A DNA stretch of 64,000 nt from Oscillospiraceae bacterium. Lineage in GTDB: Bacteria; Bacillota; Clostridia; Oscillospirales; JAAYXM01. The translations under genes were made by a program, and so were the position numbers. Under the pieces are notes generated by a model. It worked only from the letters and a program-made list of their open reading frames with translations, had not been told where the DNA came from and made no database searches. The stretch's first letter is position 1. Each line of letters begins with the position of its first letter. Where the stretch lies: contig JAFQME010000024.1 in NCBI GenBank assembly GCA_017421025.1, positions 2,820 through 66,819 on the forward strand, read 5' to 3'. Positions 17,606 through 25,581 of this stretch are shown one piece after another.

Positions 17606-18637
17606 ATGAGTTGTCGAAATAAAAACAGATTGCTGCTGCAATTTCATCTCACGGGAAGATGCAACCTGCGCTGCAAGCATTGTTACCGTACCGAGGGGGA
17701 CACCGAGCCCCTGAAGTTTGAGGATATTGTTGCGGTGGTGGAGCAGTATCAAGAACTGCGAAGAACATACAATGCGGACAAGGGCATTCGACGTCGGGGA
17801 CATATCAACATCACGGGCGGGGAGCCGTTTATCCGCAAAGATATCAAAGAGATTTTACGCTACTTGGGAGAGAATCGTACCGATTTTTCGTATGGGGTAC
17901 TCTCCAACGGCTCGTTTTTGGATGACGAGATGATTGCGATTTTGAAAGAGACCGAAGTGTCTTTTGTTCAGCTCAGCATTGACGGAGACCAAAAGACACA
18001 CGATGCTTTGCGTGCGCCGGGAGATTACAAGCGGGTGTTTGAGGTGGCAAAACGGCTGGAGAAGAACAAAATCCGGACGTATATCAGTTTTACCGCAAAC
18101 AAGGAAAACTTCCGATTTTTGCCCGGAGTTGCGAGAGCGTGCAGGAGAAATCGGATCACCAAGTTGTGGTCGGACCGTTTGGTGCCGATCGGGAATGGAC
18201 AGGAGATTGCTTCCCTTGCCATTTCAAAAAACGAGCTGTTAGACTATGTCAGGACCATGAAACTTGCTCAGGGGAATTTTTTGACCAAACTCTTTTATCC
18301 CAAAACGCAGGTGACCATGAACCGTGCGTTGCAGTTTTTGCAGAGTGACGGATTGGTATACAGCTGCAGTGCGGGGGACAGTCTCATTACGGTGGATGAA
18401 TTCGGACAGGTCATGCCCTGCCGCAGAATGCCGATTGTTTGCGGGAATGTGTTTGATTCCACCTTGAGTGAGATTTATTACAAGCACGAGGTGTTTCAGG
18501 CGCTGCGGAAACAAAAGATTCCGCAGGAATGTCGCTCCTGTGCGTATCAATCCCTTTGCAAAGGCGGGGCGAAATGTCAAAGCCATGCGGTATACGGGGA
18601 CTACACGTGCGCTGATCCTGCGTGCCCGCTCATATAA
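17606..18637 (+). CDS. Radical SAM enzyme with C-terminal SPASM-type auxiliary Fe-S domain
   Basis: 343 aa. The ATG is 3 nt after the stop of paralog C. CNLRCKHC (CxxxCxxC) at residues 19-26, GGEP motif (ITGGEPFI), and a C-terminal Cys cluster CSAGD..GQVMPC...CGNV...CRSCAYQSLCKGGAKC. No N-terminal extension is available for an RRE/PqqD-like domain. Confidence 0.9.
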   Translation: MSCRNKNRLLLQFHLTGRCNLRCKHCYRTEGDTEPLKFEDIVAVVEQYQELRRTYNADKGIRRRGHINITGGEPFIRKDIKEILRYLGENRTDFSYGVLSNGSFLDDEMIAILKETEVSFVQLSIDGDQKTHDALRAPGDYKRVFEVAKRLEKNKIRTYISFTANKENFRFLPGVARACRRNRITKLWSDRLVPIGNGQEIASLAISKNELLDYVRTMKLAQGNFLTKLFYPKTQVTMNRALQFLQSDGLVYSCSAGDSLITVDEFGQVMPCRRMPIVCGNVFDSTLSEIYYKHEVFQALRKQKIPQECRSCAYQSLCKGGAKCQSHAVYGDYTCADPACPLI

Positions 18638-18678
18638 AAAGAGCATCTCGAAAGACGCCTTTCGAGATGCTCTTTTTA
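18636..18678. terminator. Bidirectional rho-independent terminator
   Basis: aaaaagagcatctcgaaag-acgc-ctttcgagatgctcttttt, between convergent genes ending at 18637 (+) and 18694 (-). Confidence 0.85.
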
Positions 18679-18693
18679 TATGAGAGAGGGGGA

Positions 18694-20250
18694 TTAGTTT
18701 TCTTTGTAACATTCGAAGAGTTCATCGACACGCTCGCAATCGGCCTTTTTGTTTTTGGTAAATGCGCTTACCAAGGGCACGATGATAAGCGAGATTGCCA
18801 TTGCAGCAACACCCATTTCCGGGGATTTTGCCGCTGCAGCGGAGAAGCCGGAATTCAGGGAGATCACGAGGGTTGCGCCACCGACGGTGAGCAGACCCGA
18901 GAGGATGCCGGCACATGCTCCGATCTTGGTGATTTTCTTCGAGAACAGACCCCAAATGTACGGGCCGATGAAGCAGCCGGACACAACGCCCCAGGAGAAC
19001 GACATCAGGCTAACGATGATCGGGATGTTCTGAGTTGCGAAAATGAACGAGCAAGCAACGAAGACCAGGCAGAGGATGCGGGTGAGCAACATCTGGGTTT
19101 CGGGCTTGGTTTCACGCTTGCGCAGAGCGGGAATGAGGTCAACTGCGACTGCGGATGCGGAGGTAAGGACGACTGCTTCCAGGGTGGACATGGATGCAGA
19201 GAGCAGCAGGATCATGATGACTGCAAGCAGGATGATGCCTGCAGTGCCGCCGCCGAGGACTTCCATCAAGAGAGAGGGGATGACCGAGTCAACGCCGCCA
19301 GCCGGAAGCTGACCGCCGAGGATGAGGCGGGAAGTGGAGCCGATCAGGTATGCGCCGCAGCCGATAATGATGCAGAAAAGGGTGGAAATCACGGTGCCAC
19401 GCTTGATGGCTGCGGTGTCTTTGATGGCATAGAATTTACCGATCATCTGCGGGAGACCCCAAGTACCGAAGCTGGTGAGCATGATGTTCACGCAAAGGAA
19501 CTTGAATGCACTGCCGCCAAAGAGGTTGGTGAGCTGTGCGCCGGTGATGGGATTCGGGTCATTCGGGAGGGACTGGAAGTTTCTCAGGTTTTCGATGAAT
19601 CCGCCAAGCCCACCTACCGCATCATGGCTTAAGACTGCGACGATCAAGCAAACCACGCCGACAATCATGATGATCCCTTGGATCAGGTCGGTGTATGCGG
19701 TTGCGATGTAGCCGCCTGCGACCAGGTAGATTGCGGTGAGTGCTGCGATGATGAGCATCCAAACCCAGGTTTCAACGCCCGGGAACACGGCAGAAAACAG
19801 CGAGCCGAGTCCTTTGTAGACCGCAGCGGAGTAGGGAACGAGAAATACGAAGATGATAATGGCTGCCAGAATTTTCATGCCCTTGGAGTTGTAGCGCTTG
19901 CCAAAGTAGTCGGGCATAGTTCTTGCTTCCAGCTTCTTGGTCATCTTTCGGGTACGGTTTGCAAAGAGGAGCCAGGAGAGCAAACAGCCGAGGACTGCGT
20001 TTCCGATGCCGATCCAAATTGCGCCGATACCGATGTTCCATCCGTGCTGACCTGCATAGCCGACGAATACGACTGCAGAGAAATAGGTGGTGCCGTATGC
20101 GAATGCGGTGACCCAGGCGCCGATGTTTCGTCCGCCAATCAGAAACCCATCCAGGGTTTTGGATTTTCCGTAGCTGATACAGCCGATGAGTGCCATTGCA
20201 AGCGCATAAACAGCGAGAGCAATGATTGTGTAGAGTTGTGGATTTGTCAT
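18694..20250 (-). CDS. Sodium:solute symporter (SSS) family transporter
   Basis: 518 aa from ATG 20250 (SD AGGAGGA). Contains LDGFLIGGRNIGAWVTAFAYGTTYFSAVVFVGYAG and about 13 TM helices. Substrate not assignable. Confidence 0.85.
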   Translation of the reverse strand: MTNPQLYTIIALAVYALAMALIGCISYGKSKTLDGFLIGGRNIGAWVTAFAYGTTYFSAVVFVGYAGQHGWNIGIGAIWIGIGNAVLGCLLSWLLFANRTRKMTKKLEARTMPDYFGKRYNSKGMKILAAIIIFVFLVPYSAAVYKGLGSLFSAVFPGVETWVWMLIIAALTAIYLVAGGYIATAYTDLIQGIIMIVGVVCLIVAVLSHDAVGGLGGFIENLRNFQSLPNDPNPITGAQLTNLFGGSAFKFLCVNIMLTSFGTWGLPQMIGKFYAIKDTAAIKRGTVISTLFCIIIGCGAYLIGSTSRLILGGQLPAGGVDSVIPSLLMEVLGGGTAGIILLAVIMILLLSASMSTLEAVVLTSASAVAVDLIPALRKRETKPETQMLLTRILCLVFVACSFIFATQNIPIIVSLMSFSWGVVSGCFIGPYIWGLFSKKITKIGACAGILSGLLTVGGATLVISLNSGFSAAAAKSPEMGVAAMAISLIIVPLVSAFTKNKKADCERVDELFECYKEN

Positions 20251-20355
20251 GTTGAGTTCCTCCTGCCTCCCCGCAAAAGTGGGGCTTGATTTCATCTGCA
20301 TCTGATTATATAATAAGGCTTAGGATTGGTCAAACAGATAGATTAGATGTTTGCG

Positions 20356-20370
20356 ATCGAAAATATCGAT
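20356..20370. promoter_or_regulatory. Candidate LysR-type T-N11-A dyad
   Basis: ATCGA-AAATA-TCGAT perfect palindrome in the divergent intergenic region between the symporter and the LysR gene. Confidence 0.3.
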
Positions 20371-20382
20371 GGAGTGAGCCGG

Positions 20383-21270
20383 ATGGAACTACGCAATTTG
20401 ATTACTTTTACCCATGTGGCGGATTTGGGGAGTTTTACAAAAGCCGCCGAAGAACTTGGTTATTCCCAGTCGACCATTTCTTTTCAAATCAAACAGTTGG
20501 AGGAAGAACTGGGATGTTTGCTGTTTGAACGGATCAACCACACAGTCAAACTGACCGCACGAGGGCATGAATTGGTGTCTTATGCACATCAGGTGCGCAC
20601 ACTGACCGAGGAGTTTAAAGAGAATCTGACCCAGACCGAGCCGATTGGGGAAATTCACATCGTCACCCCGGATTCGATTTGCGAGGAACTGATTGATGCG
20701 CATTATATGGAGTTTCATCGCAGATATCCGTGTATTTCCGTGAAGTTCACCACTGCGGACACGTCTGTGATGTTCGATATGCTTGACCGAAATGCGGCGG
20801 ATGTGATTTTGACACTGGATGCACATTCCTACCACAAGGATTATGTGATTGCAAAGGAAGAACAAATCAGCATGCATTTTGTTGCCGCTGCAAACTCAAA
20901 ATTCGCCGGGGTGTCGAGGGTTTCGATTTTTGATCTGGCACAGGAGAAGTTTATCCTGACCGAGCATGGGCAAGGATACCGACGTGTGTTTGACAAGGAG
21001 CTTTCCCGCAAGTCGATCAACATTACACCAGTGCTTGAAATCGGGCGGACGGATATTATTACATCGTTGGTGGCACAAAGCGATATGATCTCGTATTTGC
21101 CGGATTTTGTCACGAAATCCGCAATTGAGGCGGGAAAACTTTGCTATCTGGATATATGCGATTTTGAAATCGAGATTTGGAAGCAGCTTATTCATCACAA
21201 GAATAAATGGCTTTCCAAGAGCCTCAAAGCACTCATTGATTACATCAAGGAAACCGAATTTGGAGAATAA
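20383..21270 (+). CDS. LysR-family transcriptional regulator
   Basis: 295 aa from ATG 20383. MELRNLITFTHVADLGSFTKAAEELGYSQSTISFQIKQLEEELG is a canonical LysR HTH. A substrate-binding domain follows. Confidence 0.9.
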   Translation: MELRNLITFTHVADLGSFTKAAEELGYSQSTISFQIKQLEEELGCLLFERINHTVKLTARGHELVSYAHQVRTLTEEFKENLTQTEPIGEIHIVTPDSICEELIDAHYMEFHRRYPCISVKFTTADTSVMFDMLDRNAADVILTLDAHSYHKDYVIAKEEQISMHFVAAANSKFAGVSRVSIFDLAQEKFILTEHGQGYRRVFDKELSRKSINITPVLEIGRTDIITSLVAQSDMISYLPDFVTKSAIEAGKLCYLDICDFEIEIWKQLIHHKNKWLSKSLKALIDYIKETEFGE

Positions 21271-21305
21271 AAAGAGGGCATCTCAACGAGATGCCCTCTT
21301 TGGTT
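21271..21305. terminator. Bidirectional terminator
   Basis: aaaagagggcatctc-aac-gagatgccctcttt, between convergent genes. Confidence 0.75.
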
Positions 21306-21312
21306 TATATGT

Positions 21313-22560
21313 TTACTTTTTGTAGACTTCGTAGACTTTATGGAATGCATTGGATACCTGCTCGATGGTTTCGTCGGTCCAGGTTTCAATCGGGAAGATT
21401 GCCAGGGTGTCTTCCTGACTCTTTGCGATGTTCGGGAGCAGGGAGTAGGTCATATTATGGTCGCCCTTGTATTCCGGTGCTGCCCACGGATACTGGCTGG
21501 TGCCGAAGACCTTCTTGTTGGTTGCCCAATCGGAGAGGTAGGGAGTTGCGCCGTAGTATGCGATGACATCGCCAATGCCTTCTGCCATGATTGCTTTTGC
21601 AAAGTCAAGCTTGGTGCAGGTGACGGTAGATGCGTCAAACAGCATACGATAGAACCAGTAGGACGGCTCTGCGTTCGGAGCGAGCGGAGAAGCCTTCAGG
21701 CAGGGCAGGTCGGAAAGTTTTGCCCACAGCTTTGCGATGACATCACGGCGTGCCTTTGCGATCGGGAACTGCTTCTGGATCTGGACACGGCCGATGGCGG
21801 ATGCCATTTCGTCGAGGTTGAAGTTGAGGGAGCCGACGCAGTTGGTGCTGCCCGGTTCCAAACCGAACGGCTTACCACGGTCGGAGTTCTGGCGAACTCT
21901 CCAGTAGATTTCCTCATTGGTGGTAAAGACGAGACCGCCCTGACCGCCGGTGCAGGTGTGCTTGCCGTACATCATGGAGAATGCTGCAACATCACCGAAG
22001 GTGCCGACCGGCTTACCGCCGATGGATGCGCCGTGTGCCTGAGCACAGTCTTCCACGATCTTGAGGTTCTTTTCCTTTGCGAAAGCACAAATTGCTTCCA
22101 TATCAGCCGGCTCGCCTGCGATATGAGCGACGATGATTGCACGGGTGCGTTCGGTATATGCTGCTTTGATGCCGTCAATACCGATGTTATAGGTGCCCGG
22201 CTCTGCGTCTGCAACGACCGGGATCATGTTTGCCATGACGATCGGCATCATTCCGCCCGGATCGGTGATCGGGCCGAGGATGACTTCCGAGAACGGCTCG
22301 AGATCGAGTGCACGGAGTGCTACGAATACTGCGGTGGAACCCGAGTTGACACCGTCAGCATAGCCGCCGCCGAGCATTTCGGAAAATTCTTTACAAAGTG
22401 CATCTTCTTCCGGTCCGCCGTAACCCGGAGCAACGCCTTTTGCGATTGCTTCGTCCATGATACGGTTTGCTGCAGCTTTTTCTTCTGCACCGAAGTGACC
22501 ACGAACAGGAAGCGGAGAGGTGACAGCCTTCGGGCCGCCGTTGATCGCAAGAGTTTTCAT
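21313..22560 (-). CDS. DegT/DnrJ/EryC1/StrS-family aminotransferase (copy 2 of 3)
   Basis: 415 aa from ATG 22560 (SD AAGGAGG). Motifs: MKTLAINGGPKAV, GSTAVFVALRAL, FSMMYGKHTCTGGQGGLVFT. Confidence 0.85.
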   Translation of the reverse strand: MKTLAINGGPKAVTSPLPVRGHFGAEEKAAANRIMDEAIAKGVAPGYGGPEEDALCKEFSEMLGGGYADGVNSGSTAVFVALRALDLEPFSEVILGPITDPGGMMPIVMANMIPVVADAEPGTYNIGIDGIKAAYTERTRAIIVAHIAGEPADMEAICAFAKEKNLKIVEDCAQAHGASIGGKPVGTFGDVAAFSMMYGKHTCTGGQGGLVFTTNEEIYWRVRQNSDRGKPFGLEPGSTNCVGSLNFNLDEMASAIGRVQIQKQFPIAKARRDVIAKLWAKLSDLPCLKASPLAPNAEPSYWFYRMLFDASTVTCTKLDFAKAIMAEGIGDVIAYYGATPYLSDWATNKKVFGTSQYPWAAPEYKGDHNMTYSLLPNIAKSQEDTLAIFPIETWTDETIEQVSNAFHKVYEVYKK

Positions 22561-22631
22561 GAGAAAACCTCCTTGTTTGATAGTTTTGCTTGCATTGTAA
22601 CACAAGACAAATGGTTTGTCATTGGATTATT

Positions 22632-23470
22632 TTACTTTTTGAAGAAGAGGACGCCCAAGGTTCCCGGGCCGCAGTGCGAAGTGATGGTGCAGCCGGCACG
22701 GGAGGTGAGAACTTCTTCAAACGGCTGGAGGGATTTGACCAAATCCACTGCCATGGTGAGGATTTCATCGGGAACACCCGAATGGGTGATAAAGATCCGG
22801 GAGAGGTCAAGGTCGGTGCGGCCTTCCAGTCTGCCACGGATGTAATCGGAAACCGAGCGCTCCATACTGCCGCGGTATTTTTTGCCTACGCTCATTTTGC
22901 CGTTTTGCACCACGATTTCGGGACGAAGCTTCATCAGGTTTGCACCGAGTGCCACGATTGCGGAGCAACGTCCGCCTTTTTTTAAGTAGTCCAAAGTTTG
23001 CAGGACAAAGGAAACGTCAAGTTTTTCTGCTGCGTCGGGAGTGCATTTGCGATTTCCTCACGGGAGAGACCCGCATCACGAAGTTCGCACGCACGCAGGA
23101 CCAAATGCCCCGAGCCGGTGGACAGGTTTTTGGAATTGATGACCGAGACGTTTCCAAGTTCAGAAGCTGCGATGGATGCGTTCTGATTGCTGGAAGAAAG
23201 CTCGGAGGACAGGCTGATATGTATAATTTCGTCGCCTGCGTCTACAATGGGTTTCCAGGCATCCTCGTATTCACCCACCGAGATTGCCGAGGTGGTGGGG
23301 AGGGTGCCGGTTTTGTCGACATACGCATAAATCTCTTCAGCGGAGAGGTCTTCGCCGTCACGGCAGAAACGATCCCCGAGTGTGACGCCCATGGAGACCA
23401 CGGTGACACCGAGCGTATCATACATTTCACGGGTGAGATCGCAAGTGGAATCACAGGTAATACGAATCAT
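22632..23470 (-). pseudogene. DegV-family fatty-acid-binding protein, split by a single-base frameshift
   Basis: ORF 23470..22982 is the N-terminal half (MIRITCDSTCDL...). ORF 22994..22632 is the C-terminal half. In the alternative frame the sequence reads AEKLDVSFVLQTLDYLKKGGRCS continuously, which places the frame break at about 23030..23041. Confidence 0.7.
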
Positions 23471-24582
23471 GTCAGTTGCTCCTTTTTCTGTATTTGTTCA
23501 CGCACAATCCGATAAATTGCGGCGCAAAGCGGAACGCCGAAGAGCATTCCTGCTACCCCTGCGATGCCACCGCCCACAGTGACTGCGGCAAGCACCCAAA
23601 TGCCGGGAAGCCCGATGGAGGACCCGACCACCTTGGGGTAGATAATATTTCCTTCCAGTTGCTGGAGAATGATGAGGAAGATTAAAAATCCCAATGCTTT
23701 GATGGGAGAGACTGTCAGAATCATAAAGGCGCCCACGATTGCACCGATGTATGCACCGGCGACCGGGATGAGCGCTGTAAATGCGACGAGCGCACCGATC
23801 ATGGTGGCGTACGGGAGGCGGAAAATGAACATTCCAATGGTACAAAGCACGCCCAGAATCACCGCTTCGGTACACTGGCCCACGATGAAGTGATGGAAGG
23901 AATGGTCCAGCACCTTCAACAGATAACGAATCGTGCTGCGAACACGCTGCGGAAGGATCTGCCGTGCCACACGTCGGATTTGATGGGCAAGGCTTTCTTT
24001 GGCAGAAAGCAGATAAATTGAGAAGATGAGCGCAAGAAGTGCGGTGACAAGGCCGGAGAATACCGAGGTCACGGTGGTGACCACGACATCTACCACGCTG
24101 CCGACGCCTGCGGTGACCACTTCTACAATCTGACCGATGCGGCTGCGCCAGTCGATTTTGAGGAGGGTATCCACAATGTTATCGGGGAGCACACCGGAAC
24201 GGTCGAGGAAGGCGACTGTGTTGGTAAATACACGGGGAAGCCCGGAGACGATGACCTGGATACACGCAGAAAGCTGCGGTACGATGAGCCAAACCACCAA
24301 AACAATGACCGCAATGACCGAGAAATATGCACTCAGCATGGAAATCGGTCGGCGGAGATGGGATGTCACTTTCTTCTTGCTTTTGGGGAAGAACCAAGAC
24401 TCATAGCGGGTCATGAGGATGTTGACCACATAGGCGATCATGGCGCCGATGAGGAGCGGGCTTGCTGCGCCCAGGATTTTTCCGATCAGAGCGATCGCAC
24501 CTTCCCAATAGAGGGTTGCGAGGAAGAACAGAAATGCAACAAGCGCAATTTTGAAGAGTTGTTTGAAGTTCAGTTTCATCAA
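23467..24582 (-). CDS. AI-2E family (UPF0118/PerM-like) transporter
   Basis: 371 aa, about 8 TM helices. C-terminal ...LQQLEGNIIYPKVVGSSIGLPGIWVL... is typical of the family. Confidence 0.8.
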   Translation of the reverse strand: MMKLNFKQLFKIALVAFLFFLATLYWEGAIALIGKILGAASPLLIGAMIAYVVNILMTRYESWFFPKSKKKVTSHLRRPISMLSAYFSVIAVIVLVVWLIVPQLSACIQVIVSGLPRVFTNTVAFLDRSGVLPDNIVDTLLKIDWRSRIGQIVEVVTAGVGSVVDVVVTTVTSVFSGLVTALLALIFSIYLLSAKESLAHQIRRVARQILPQRVRSTIRYLLKVLDHSFHHFIVGQCTEAVILGVLCTIGMFIFRLPYATMIGALVAFTALIPVAGAYIGAIVGAFMILTVSPIKALGFLIFLIILQQLEGNIIYPKVVGSSIGLPGIWVLAAVTVGGGIAGVAGMLFGVPLCAAIYRIVREQIQKKEQLT

Positions 24583-24585
24583 AAA

Positions 24586-25581
24586 TCACCTTTGCTTGAG
24601 CGAGTTAAGAAGCTTGATGAGTGCCACGCTTTCCTCCAACGGGAGAAAGGGCGGTTTGTTTTTGCAGAAATAGTCTGCACAATGGTCGTAATAGTTGACG
24701 GCGGGGGAGAGAGAAATCTCTTCTGAAATCCACTCGATGACTTCGCCGGAATGATAGGACCGATTTTTTGCGGCAAGGCTTTTGCTTGCCTTGGTATCGG
24801 GCAGGCTGGCCGGGTCACAGCGAGTGATACGGAAAGTACGGGAAGCGGCATCAAACACTGCGGTGCCGTATTCGCCGAAGATTTCCCACGGGGTGTGGGG
24901 GAATGTGCTTGCTTCGTTGATTGAGACCGAGAGCAGGACCCCTTCTTTCGTCTTGAGGAGACATTCCACCACATCCTCGGCATCACCCAGGGTTGCGACT
25001 GCATCGGTAAAGCAGAAGGCTTCTGCAACATGGGCTTTGGTGAGTGCAAGGAGTTGGTCGATATAGTGCGCTCCGTAATTCATGAGCATTCCACCGCCAA
25101 ACGAGGAGAATGCCTGCCAATCTGCACGGCGGCGATAGCGGTGGACCGCACGGCGCACATGATAGATGCGGCCAAGCACGCCGGAGGCGATGATGCTCTT
25201 GGCGGTTTCAAATTCATCGGTCACCCGATGCGGTTGATACACCATGAGTTTCCGACCCAGTCGTTTTGCTGTTTCCAGTAAGAGATCCGCTTCTTCGACT
25301 GAGGTTGTCATGGGTTTGTCTAAGAACACGTCTGCACCGTATCGGAATGCGAGCAAGGTCTGCTCACAGTGCAGATGGGTAGGGGATGCAATGACCACGA
25401 GGGCGGGTTTTACCTCTAAAAGACAGGTTTCCAAATCCGTGTACCCGGGGACCTCCGCCTCGGCAAGACGGGAAGGGTCAACATCCACGACTGCAGATAA
25501 GGTGAATTCCGGGTGAGACAACAGTGCGGGGAGATGAAAATCAAATCCGATTCTCCCAAGCCCTACTAAGACCGTTTTCAT
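24586..25581 (-). CDS. Gfo/Idh/MocA-family NAD(P)-dependent oxidoreductase
   Basis: 331 aa. MKTVLVGLGRIGFDFHLPAL Rossmann start; EKPM-like motif LDKPMT. ATGA overlap with the ricT stop. Confidence 0.85.
   Translation of the reverse strand: MKTVLVGLGRIGFDFHLPALLSHPEFTLSAVVDVDPSRLAEAEVPGYTDLETCLLEVKPALVVIASPTHLHCEQTLLAFRYGADVFLDKPMTTSVEEADLLLETAKRLGRKLMVYQPHRVTDEFETAKSIIASGVLGRIYHVRRAVHRYRRRADWQAFSSFGGGMLMNYGAHYIDQLLALTKAHVAEAFCFTDAVATLGDAEDVVECLLKTKEGVLLSVSINEASTFPHTPWEIFGEYGTAVFDAASRTFRITRCDPASLPDTKASKSLAAKNRSYHSGEVIEWISEEISLSPAVNYYDHCADYFCKNKPPFLPLEESVALIKLLNSLKQR

Noticed and set aside
21340-22845. 501-aa plus-strand ORF
   Set aside because: It is antisense to the well-supported DegT aminotransferase (21313..22560). 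The product is Cys/Arg/Gly-rich and low-complexity, with no SD. This is a typical artefact of a GC3-rich gene having few stop codons on the opposite strand.
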